32,000 bases of DNA from Ignicoccus hospitalis KIN4/I (GTDB lineage Archaea > Thermoproteota > Thermoprotei_A > Sulfolobales > Ignicoccaceae), in contig NC_009776.1 in assembly GCF_000017945.1 (NCBI RefSeq), positions 930,001-962,000 of the forward strand, given 5' to 3'. The translations under genes were made by a program, and so were the position numbers. A model generated the notes under the pieces. It did not search any database and was not told the origin of the DNA. It saw only the letters and a list, made by a program, of their open reading frames with translations. Numbering within the stretch: the stretch's first letter is position 1; the number at the start of each line of letters is the position of its first letter. Positions 16,739 through 23,727 of the stretch are shown here, piece by piece.

Positions 16739-17994
16739 CCCTTTCCACCCAACCTCTTGACGTTCTCTATGACCGCTTCCGTGAACTCCGTGGTGGTCAG
16801 GGGCTTTATGCCTAAGTGCCTAGCTATGTCTTGGGTCACCTTGCCGGAGGCTATGGTTTCTTCTATAGCTTTCCTCACCAGCTCCGCGGCCTCGGACCAG
16901 CCTATGTGGTCCAACATCATGGCGGCGCTCAAGGTAGCCGCGGTGGGGTTGGCTACGTTCTTGCCCGCGTACTTGGGGGCGGAGCCGTGGATGGGCTCGA
17001 ACATGCCCACGTAGTCCCCCACGTTGGCCCCGGGGGCCACGCCCAGCCCGCCGACCAAGGCGGCAGCGGCGTCGCTCAAGTAGTCGCCGTTGAGGTTGGG
17101 AGTAACTATTATGTCGTAGTCCCAAGGCCTCGTTATTATTTGGTTGAACATGTTGTCTGCTATCCTGTCATTAACCAAGATCTTCCCTTCGGGGACCTCG
17201 GCGCCTTGGAGCTCTTCCTCGAAGACCACTTTGTCTCCGAACTCCTCCTTGGCCAGCTCGAAGGCCCATATCTTGAAGTAACCTTCGGTGTACTTCATTA
17301 TGTTACCTTTGTGCATCACAGTTACCCTCTTCCTCCCGTACTTTATCGCCCACTCCAGAGCCTTCCTCATTATTCTCCTCGTAGCGAAGCGAGAGATGGG
17401 CTTCAACCCTATCCCGGTGTCCGGCCTGAGCTCTATGTTGAACTCCCTCTTGAGGAACTCCCTCACCTTCTCGGCCTCCGGGCTGTCGTACTTCCACTCT
17501 ATCCCGGCGTAAACGTCCTCGGTGTTCTCTCTAAATATCACTATGTCCACCTTGTCCGCGTACTTGTGAGGTGCGGGTATCCCCTTGATGTACTTCACCG
17601 GCCTGATGTTCGCGTACAGGTCTAGGAGCTGCCTCAAGGCGACGTTGACGCTCCTCCACCCGGAGCCTATGGGGGTGGTCATGGGGCCTTTGAGGGCCAC
17701 CTTCGCCGCCTTAATTGCGTTCAAGGTGTCTTGGGGGAGCATGGTACCGTAAACGGGCTCCGCCTCTATCCCGGCGTAGACCTTCCACCAGACCACCCTC
17801 CTCTTGCTACCGTAAGCCACCTCCACCGCGGCGTCCACTATCCTCCTAGCCGCCCCTATCACTTCCGGCCCTATGCCGTCCCCCTCTATGTAGGGCACTA
17901 TCGGGTTGTCCGGGACCACGAGCTTTCCGTCCTTGACCTCTATGAACTTCCCCTCCTCGGGCGGCCTGATCTTCTCGAACTTGTACTCCTCCAC
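16735..17994 (-). CDS. icd: isocitrate dehydrogenase (NADP-type, prokaryotic homodimeric family)
   Basis: PYIEGDGIGPEV, RSVNVALRQLLDLYANIRP, IFRENTEDVYAGIE, NLNGDYLSDA and FEPIHGSAPKYAGKNVANP are hallmark ICDH/IMDH motifs. 419 aa. Confidence 0.95.
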   Translation of the reverse strand: MEEYKFEKIRPPEEGKFIEVKDGKLVVPDNPIVPYIEGDGIGPEVIGAARRIVDAAVEVAYGSKRRVVWWKVYAGIEAEPVYGTMLPQDTLNAIKAAKVALKGPMTTPIGSGWRSVNVALRQLLDLYANIRPVKYIKGIPAPHKYADKVDIVIFRENTEDVYAGIEWKYDSPEAEKVREFLKREFNIELRPDTGIGLKPISRFATRRIMRKALEWAIKYGRKRVTVMHKGNIMKYTEGYFKIWAFELAKEEFGDKVVFEEELQGAEVPEGKILVNDRIADNMFNQIITRPWDYDIIVTPNLNGDYLSDAAAALVGGLGVAPGANVGDYVGMFEPIHGSAPKYAGKNVANPTAATLSAAMMLDHIGWSEAAELVRKAIEETIASGKVTQDIARHLGIKPLTTTEFTEAVIENVKRLGGKG

Positions 17995-18030
17995 GCGTGT
18001 TCCCTCGAGCCCGTCGGAGGTCCTCGGCCC

Positions 18031-18819
18031 TTAAGGCCTCTTGCGGAGGGCCGCCGCGACGAGGAGCGCGAGGAGCGCCAAGGCCGGCACGGAGGACCTC
18101 GGGCGCTCCGCGAAGAACTTTACCTTTATGAGCAGTGTGGTGACGTTGGCGTAGACCTCCAAAGAGGTGGGGAAGGTGGCGGTGACTGTCAAGGTCTTGT
18201 CGGCGGAAGCGGCGAGCTCGGTGGGCTCGGTTAAGGCCAAATACGCCTTGGGGCTCGTGACCTTCTCGTTCCCGTAGAGGGCTATTAGGGTCGCCGGAGG
18301 GGGAGAGGCGGAGCACGTTACGGTTCCTTTGGGAACGACTACCGCCGTCCCGACCAAGGCGCCGGACGTTCGGACGACTTCCTCACCGAAGGCCTTAGAG
18401 CTCGCGGTTGTCAAAACTAACGAGTCGACGCTCTCGCTCTCGGTCCCTCCCAAGAGGTAGTAGAAGGGCGAGGGCAAGCTTACCGTCGTGGTCGAGGTAA
18501 CGGTGGTAACCCCAACTTGGACCTCCGCCGAGACCGCCTTCGCGACCGCCGCCGCGGGGGAGGTGAAGACGAGGGTCGCGTTCCCCTTACAGAAGGCTAC
18601 GAAAGTCCTCTCTAAAGGCTCCGTATAGACGTAGATGTACTCCCTCACGCCCAGCTTTTCGAACAGGGTTACGGTCTTGTAGCCCGTAAGGGTGGCGGTG
18701 AACTGGGAGACGCTCAAGGCCGTCTCCGGGAGGGGGACGTAGGTCGTAACTTCCCACGAGCCGGCGGCGAGGGCCGCTAGGGCGAGAAGGAGGAGAGCGC
18801 CTCCAAGGCCTCCTTCCAA
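18031..18819 (-). CDS. secreted/surface protein with a C-terminal membrane anchor (hypothetical)
   Basis: N-terminal hydrophobic signal ALLLLALAALAAG, a T/S/V-rich beta-type body, and a C-terminal TM PALALLALLVAAAL followed by RKRP. Confidence 0.55.
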   Translation of the reverse strand: MEGGLGGALLLLALAALAAGSWEVTTYVPLPETALSVSQFTATLTGYKTVTLFEKLGVREYIYVYTEPLERTFVAFCKGNATLVFTSPAAAVAKAVSAEVQVGVTTVTSTTTVSLPSPFYYLLGGTESESVDSLVLTTASSKAFGEEVVRTSGALVGTAVVVPKGTVTCSASPPPATLIALYGNEKVTSPKAYLALTEPTELAASADKTLTVTATFPTSLEVYANVTTLLIKVKFFAERPRSSVPALALLALLVAAALRKRP

Positions 18820-19307
18820 GCCTCTTCCCTCGTGTCCTTCGTAACGAATATTTTATGGCATCTGGAGAGCGCCCTCAAGAACTCCTCGTCCCTCAGCCTC
18901 GCGTGGTAGACCGCCACGAAGGGCTTGTTCCCGCTAACTACCCTCAGCATGGCCTCCCTTAGCTTTGGGAGCTTAAGCTCCATGGGACCGATCTCGTCTA
19001 TCAGATATACGTCGCAGTCCTTGGAGAGCGCCCTCACCCCGACCTCCTCCGCTCCGGGGCAGAGCTTGTACCTCCCTACCCTCGGCCCCTCGCAGTCCAC
19101 CCTCGCCAGCCACGCCCTCGAGCCGTCCTCCACGTCGACTATCAAGAAGCCCACCCTTCTGCCCCCCTCGCGGACGTCCGGGCAAGAGGTGCCGCAGACC
19201 TTGAGGCCGGCCTTCTTGAGCTCCTCCACTACCTTCCTAGCCAAGGTGCTCTTCCCCGCGCCCGGAGGGCCGGTTATGGCCAAGCACCACACTTCCCGCT
19301 GACCCAA
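18777..19307 (-). CDS. THEP1-type nucleoside-triphosphatase (NTPase_1 family)
   Basis: Walker A ITGPPGAGKSTLA, then EVREGGRRVGFLIVD, PRVGRYKL and Walker B-like YLIDEIGPMEL. TTG start at 19307, or a GTG a few codons in. Confidence 0.8.
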   Translation of the reverse strand: MGQREVWCLAITGPPGAGKSTLARKVVEELKKAGLKVCGTSCPDVREGGRRVGFLIVDVEDGSRAWLARVDCEGPRVGRYKLCPGAEEVGVRALSKDCDVYLIDEIGPMELKLPKLREAMLRVVSGNKPFVAVYHARLRDEEFLRALSRCHKIFVTKDTREEAWKEALEALSSFSP

Positions 19308-19436
19308 AAGGGGACTCTCAGACCCCCTTTTCGCCGATGAGGACCTGGGCCCTTGGGCGAAGCTGTGAGCGAGTTTTTGCGCCCCGAGGCGCGCAAAACA
19401 AATAACCCACAGCGGCGACCACGCCCCCCGGAAGGG

Positions 19437-19512
19437 GCCGCCGTAGCTCAGCCGGCAGAGCGCCGCCCTGGTAAGGCGGAGGTCCCGGGTTCAAGTCCCG
19501 GCGGCGGCTCCA
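19437..19512 (+). tRNA. tRNA-Thr (anticodon GGU) with encoded CCA
   Basis: Folded by hand. Acceptor GCCGCCG/CGGCGGC. D arm GCTC..GAGC. Anticodon stem CCGCC/GGCGG with loop CTGGTAA. Variable loop AGGTC. T arm CCGGG-TTCAAGT-CCCGG. Discriminator T, then CCA. Confidence 0.9.
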
Positions 19513-19912
19513 CGCTCTACCCAAAACGGTCCGACGAAACGCCCGCTCCGCATCCCTCCTCCATTTATGGAAGGACCGTTCCCAACGATAGGCCTATGCT
19601 CTCGCCACCCCTCCTCGTGTTGTGTGCACCGTACTCTGTAGAGGACGATCGATATTAGATCATTAGGTTATACCGTCCCTTTATTCTTGATGTTGTCGGG
19701 GATTCGAACTAGACCGTCGTCGCGTAGGAGCATTACGACGTTCACAAGTTCCTATAAATCATATACACGATATCCAAGACGATATATTAAATGGATATCG
19801 GTAACGATGTTATTTCGTCTTGGGATGTGTACAGTAAATGGGCTTGTACCAGAGGGCCGATGTGAACCGCTAAACGACTAATTTTGAGGACAGTACGCTT
19901 ACGCTGAAGTAA

Positions 19913-20137
19913 CTACTTATATGCATGTCCTCTAAAATCGATAAGATGTATTATAATAGTCCTGGAGCCCCAATCAATTGTGTATACAATACGGATATCT
20001 CCCAAGCGAGTCTTGAAAGCGTCTTCAAACCCCTTTAGCTTCTTTACGTCGTAATCTCTAAAAGGGATGGGATTCATCTTCAATTTGTCCAGAACCTCCA
20101 ATACTTTAAGCTTGTAATGTTTGGGGAGTCCCTCCAA
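19913..20137 (-). CDS. RelE/ParE-family toxin, possibly frameshifted at the 5' end
   Basis: LPKHYKLKVLEVLDKLKMNP....KKLKGFEDAFKTRLGDIRIVYTIDWGSRTIIIHLIDFRGHAY matches the RelE pattern (KL.G....R.R.GdyRi.Y.i......I..I..R...Y). TTG start. See the finding on the upstream 15-codon ORF. Confidence 0.7.
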   Translation of the reverse strand: MEGLPKHYKLKVLEVLDKLKMNPIPFRDYDVKKLKGFEDAFKTRLGDIRIVYTIDWGSRTIIIHLIDFRGHAYK

Positions 20138-20214
20138 GGCTCTACTAGCCTTACGTTTTACCCTTACTTACTTGGAAGAAGAGGTTACCGCTCAAAATAA
20201 GTTCCCTGTTATTT

Positions 20215-20406
20215 TCATCTCATCAGCTTTCGTTTGATTTCGTCAAGGTCGATTATCTCGTCGTCAGCATCGATTGCCTCGATTTCGTCGGGGAGGGGTT
20301 CTACTTCTTCGATATTCCTTTCGATGATGAAGCGCAACATGCACTCTACCCTAGTCGGCCTCTCCTTTATCTCTCGAATCTCTGATAAGAGTTCAGAGTC
20401 TACCAA
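20215..20406 (-). CDS. putative antitoxin, assigned by its position upstream of the RelE-like gene
   Basis: 63-aa ORF ending about 20-80 nt upstream of the toxin, with an acidic C-terminal half (EEVEPLPDEIEAIDADDEIIDLDE). Family not recognised. Confidence 0.45.
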   Translation of the reverse strand: MVDSELLSEIREIKERPTRVECMLRFIIERNIEEVEPLPDEIEAIDADDEIIDLDEIKRKLMR

Positions 20407-20679
20407 CCCTTATCCTGGGCGTAGTTTTGGTATAGTACGTCCCTAAAATCGGCTTGGAATCGGTGGATGAACAATTGCTTTGGTGTCGCGGGGATTTTGG
20501 AGTGGCGCCGTGTGGGAGCACAACAATATGTAAACGTTCACATCAATGATATGAATATAATCCAAAATGGTAAACAGAATGGATATCAACGATGATGCTA
20601 ATCTACCCAGATATTCACGCTTGGTCCTTGGATACTCTAATAAAGGCGTTTCGTTTCAGCAATACTTGGGTGCGAGCCC

Positions 20680-20907
20680 TTGTCTGAAGCCGAAGATAGA
20701 ATAGTCGTCAATCCTAAAGTTATGGGAGGCAAACCAATAATAAAGGGAACTAGAATTCCTGTGTACTTCATCTTGGAGTTATTATCTAATGGCTGGAGCA
20801 TAGATGACATCTTGAGAGAGTATCCTCACCTCTCGCGAGAAGATGTGCTGGCAGCTATCAAGTACGCTGCCAAGGTTTTGAGGGAGAAAGTTATTGTCAA
20901 AGCCTAG
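20680..20907 (+). CDS. DUF433-family protein (putative antitoxin/HTH)
   Basis: NPKVMGGKPIIKGTRIPVYFILELLSNGWSIDDILREYPHLSREDVLAAIKYA matches the DUF433 signature (GkP.i.GTRipV..il..l..G.s.eeil..yP.l..edi.aal.ya). Confidence 0.8.
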   Translation: MSEAEDRIVVNPKVMGGKPIIKGTRIPVYFILELLSNGWSIDDILREYPHLSREDVLAAIKYAAKVLREKVIVKA

Positions 20908-21265
20908 ACTTCTAGCAGACGAAAATATTCCTCGAACAGCTATCGTTACACTTAGAGAAAAAGGATATGACGTGGTCTCGGTCTGGGAGCTTAGTCCGGG
21001 CATAAGCGACGAAGAAGTTGTAGAGCTGGCTATAAAGGAGAGGAGAATTATAGTAACGTTTGACAAAGACTTTGGAAGAATAGCACGTTTAAATCCTAAT
21101 TTGAATCCCAATACCACAGGAGTGATCCTACTAAGAATACCACCATTAAATCCCATATACGTAGCCGAAAGAATACTCTCAGTATTGGAAAGAATAGAAA
21201 ATCCGTACGGTAAGTTAATCATAGTCAAAAAGGGGGCAATAAAAACAATCACATTACACCAATAG
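20894..21265 (+). CDS. DUF5615 / Mut7-C PIN-like protein (putative toxin partner of DUF433)
   Basis: LLADENIPRTAIVTLREKGYDVVSV......SDEEVVELAIKERRIIVTFDKDF matches the LlDEn....l...L...G.dv......sD.ei...A..e.r.ivT.D.DF pattern. Overlaps the DUF433 gene by 14 nt. Confidence 0.75.
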   Translation: MSKPRLLADENIPRTAIVTLREKGYDVVSVWELSPGISDEEVVELAIKERRIIVTFDKDFGRIARLNPNLNPNTTGVILLRIPPLNPIYVAERILSVLERIENPYGKLIIVKKGAIKTITLHQ

Positions 21266-21347
21266 TTATCTTGGACTATTCACACAGCACCTCATCTACT
21301 GTATTTACACAAATTAGTAAAGATAAGAATATGTAATAATTTTGTGA

Positions 21348-21390
21348 TGGGGGACCGAGGGATTTGAGCCCCAGACCTCCGCCGCGTGAG
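21348..21390 (-). other. tRNA 3'-half-like remnant (anticodon loop to 3' end), not a complete tRNA
   Basis: The minus strand reads CTCACGC-GGCGG-AGGTC-TGGGG-CTCAAAT-CCCTC-GGTCCCC-CA. This has the loop, anticodon-stem 3' arm, variable loop and T-arm layout. The T stem has a mismatch and there is no matching 5' half upstream. Confidence 0.3.
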
Positions 21391-21417
21391 CCCCCCCCTC
21401 CCCCTCCCCCGAGCTAG

Positions 21418-21600
21418 ACGGGTGGGGGGCCGGACGTTAATGGGATCGAGCACACTCCGGCCTTCTCGTCGGACTGCAAGTATGTAGCAGTGGTCGACAA
21501 CTATTGGAACAGCGGGCCGGTCGGAAACAACACGCTTAATGTGTTTGACATCGATAGAAGGCTAGTCTACCCAAGAAGATGCACAGAATTTGGAACGTGA
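21418..21600 (+). pseudogene. possible remnant of a beta-propeller (WD/YVTN-like) protein gene
   Basis: A stop-to-stop 59-codon frame reads ..NGIEHTPAFSSDCKYVAVVDNYWNSGPVGNNTLNVFDIDRRLVYP.. This resembles one propeller blade (fS.DgKYvAv....n.l.vfD). It has no start codon and no N- or C-terminal context. Confidence 0.25.
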
Positions 21601-22149
21601 CGTGATGGGGAATAGATTAGCTATTGGGCACGCGGACGACAGGATCAAGACATACCACGTAGCTCTTTGCCTTCGTTAGCTCGCCTCCTAAGTACAGCCC
21701 TACTCTCTTTAATTTAGACAAGGTGTCAGCGAGCAACTAGATGTACCTTTGATTCGTAGTCGCCTGGTAGGTATATTGTGTATGTGACGAGCGCGTTCCG
21801 GCTTGTTCGGTCCACGTCCTTTCTCCTTATCGTTAACACCCAAGATAGGAGTATTCCGGAAGACCAACCTGCGCTCCCGCTACCTCTCTCCGTGTTCATG
21901 TACATCGTATTTTCGCTGGGCCGGAGCCTTAACCTCCTCTCGTAACCCAAAACCTTCGCTGTTGCGCGTTGCAGCCTACTTTCTCTTTTGTCCGCCGACC
22001 GTTGCTAATCTGTAAAATATCGAATGCTTTTCAGCTTCCCTCTGGGACTCTTGACGCGTTTTCGGATTTTGTTCTGACCGTAGTGGGTCCAAAGTCCGGT
22101 ACCTCAAAGCCCCGTTCCCTACGAAGCCTCTCCTCTGTCCGGTGTGGTC

Positions 22150-22489
22150 CTCGAGGTCCCTTACTTACTGCGTCTACCCAAGAACTTGCTCTCCTTAATT
22201 TAATATTTCACAAACATACTTTCTGTATAACTCATTACCAAACTTTTTCACTTACTCATTTCCTTTTCAACCTTCACCCACATGGGAACATCTTATATTC
22301 GAAAGCGCACCATTACTATTCACTCTCTCAAACCCCCTTATATCTTTTCATGGGAACGCTGAAGATCATGGAGGGAAGGGCAGAGGAAATTTTTCTTGAA
22401 TAAAGGGAAAAGCTTGGGGAATTGTAAACTCGTGGTAGAACGCAATTCTTTTAAGGGAAAGACCTTGGGGCTTTATATGGAAGGGCTCG
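22150..22489 (+). promoter_or_regulatory. putative leader of CRISPR array 1
   Basis: AT-rich, ORF-poor sequence abutting the best-conserved repeat of array 1. Contains a duplicated motif aagggaaa(a)g.cttgggg at 22403-22419 and 22453-22470. Confidence 0.4.
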
Positions 22490-22925
22490 GTGGAGTCTCA
22501 AGAGAGGATAGAAAGTGTTAAACCTAGTTCTAGCTCTCGACACAATTATGTTTTGTGGAGTCTCAAGAGAGGATAGAAAGGATATCGCCGATTTACGGGA
22601 GGGAAGGAGAATTCCTAGTGGAGTCTCAAGAGAGGATAGAAAGGTGAGGTGAAGGTACTGCCTGTTGGCGGAGGCCATCAGCATGTCCTGTGGAGTCTCA
22701 AGAGAGGATAGAAAGTTGACGTTATATACTGTACAGAGGTGTTTAGCATGAGCTTCACGTGGAGTCTCAAGAGAGAATGGAAAGTGATCAACGAGAATGT
22801 ACAAAAGAGCATATAACTGTTCTAAAGTGGAGTTTCAGGAAAGAATGGAAAGTTACTTAACTATCTTTGTCTCGTTCATTTCAATGTTGCTTACCTTCTA
22901 TAGAGCCTTAAGGGAGGATAGAGAG
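22490..22925 (+). CRISPR. CRISPR array 1: 7 repeats of 26 nt (GTGGAGTCTCAAGAGAGGATAGAAAG), 6 spacers
   Basis: Repeats start at 22490, 22555, 22618, 22690, 22759, 22827 and 22900. They differ from the consensus by 0, 0, 0, 0, 2, 5 and 6 nt. Spacers are 39, 37, 46, 43, 42 and 47 nt. Strand is inferred from the 3' ...GAAAG end and from decay toward the right end. Confidence 0.9.
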
Positions 22926-22929
22926 GAAA

Positions 22930-23727
22930 CTACGAACGCACGTGAGGCCCTCGTACGAAATTCATCACTACGTCCCCGAAGCCCGCGGCCCTCCCGCTCC
23001 CCACGCCGAAGAGCGCTGCGTGCGCTATTACCTTCTTCACGTCCTCGTCCGCCTCCCTCACCCAGAACAGCGCCGAGCCGCTGAGGGCGGGCAACCACTT
23101 ACGGTCGTAGTAGTACCAGACCTTCCCGGCGCTGTGTAAGGCAGAGTGGTCCTCCACCAGCGAGCGCTCGAGCTTCCACAAAACTTCTAGATATTTATCC
23201 TTAAACAAGGAGTAGGCGTTGACTGAGAAGAGGTGGGAGGGGGAAGGCAAGAAGCGGGTCCTAAGCTCCTCTCCGGGCCCCCTCCAAGGGTCCCTTAACA
23301 CTGCCGGCCCCCTGAACTTCACCCACAAGCCGCTCCCCTCCCCCAAGTCCAAGTCCACCTCTTCCACCGCCACGGTCTCTATTTCTATTACCTTCCTGCC
23401 GAACTCGAGCTTACAGTAGTCGAAGGAGAAAAGTTTGTTCACCAACTCCTCCGGCCCCGAGAGCTCGAAGCTCGCGTTCGGGGGCAAGGGGACCACCCCC
23501 TTCCCGGAGGGCCTCCCGGCCGTGCAGAAAGAGCACTTGACCGTCCTCTTCGGGTATATCGCCCTCCCTTCTTCGTCCAGCAAGGGCGTTATGTGGAATT
23601 CCTTATATCCCCCTTCAACTGAGAAGATCTTGGCGAAGTCGTCGTCTACGCACGAGAGGAAGCTCTTCACTAACTTCGCCGTGTAATCCTCAAAGGGGAC
23701 CGGGGTCAGCGCGACCTCGACCCTCAC
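22930..23727 (-). CDS. cas6: Cas6 CRISPR repeat endoribonuclease
   Basis: C-terminal glycine-rich loop GVGSGRAAGFGDV and a length typical of Cas6. Proposed GTG start at 23727 overlaps the cas4 TGA as GTGA. The track ORF starts at 23763. Confidence 0.85.
   Translation of the reverse strand: MRVEVALTPVPFEDYTAKLVKSFLSCVDDDFAKIFSVEGGYKEFHITPLLDEEGRAIYPKRTVKCSFCTAGRPSGKGVVPLPPNASFELSGPEELVNKLFSFDYCKLEFGRKVIEIETVAVEEVDLDLGEGSGLWVKFRGPAVLRDPWRGPGEELRTRFLPSPSHLFSVNAYSLFKDKYLEVLWKLERSLVEDHSALHSAGKVWYYYDRKWLPALSGSALFWVREADEDVKKVIAHAALFGVGSGRAAGFGDVVMNFVRGPHVRS

Noticed and set aside
19330-19372. C/D-box-like sRNA (tcgcc GATGAGG ... CTGTGA gcga)
   Set aside because: The boxes deviate from RUGAUGA and CUGA. 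The box spacing of about 25 nt leaves no room for C'/D' and two guides. It is kept only as a structural note in a finding.
19318-19658. Track ORFs 19318-19524 (-) and 19353-19658 (+)
   Set aside because: Both run through the tRNA-Thr gene and the structured spacer. Their Pro/Arg/Gly-rich translations do not look like proteins.
19698-19709. ggggattcgaac resembling a tRNA T-arm, a possible att copy of tRNA-Thr
   Set aside because: The flanks do not pair into a T stem, and it does not match the tRNA-Thr T arm (CCGGGTTCAAGTCCCGG). I found no direct repeat of the tRNA-Thr 3' end downstream.
19687-19881. Track ORF 19687-19881 (+), 64 aa
   Set aside because: The translation is Arg/Ser/Thr-rich. 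It spans the inverted-repeat cluster and has no recognisable start context or family.
21471-21480. ggactgcaag resembling the 3' end of the array 2 repeat (solitary repeat?)
   Set aside because: Only the last 8-9 nt match and the upstream 15 nt do not. A match of that length is expected by chance in a 32-kb window read on both strands.
21726-22403. Track ORFs 21726-21950 (-), 21803-22015 (+) and 21969-22403 (+)
   Set aside because: They lie in the AT-rich ORF-poor stretch and the array 1 leader and overlap each other. They have odd composition (Ser/Leu/Phe/Thr-rich) and no motifs, so they are probably remnants or chance ORFs.
22433-22461. gtgg...gggaaag upstream of array 1 as a possible extra degenerate repeat
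   Set aside because: Only 9 of 26 positions match the consensus when aligned on the GAAAG end. The spacing to repeat 1 is 28 nt, which is out of register.
22451-22804. Track ORF 22451-22804 (-) with the recurring FLSSLETP motif
   Set aside because: It is a translation of CRISPR array 1 repeats on the opposite strand, not a gene.
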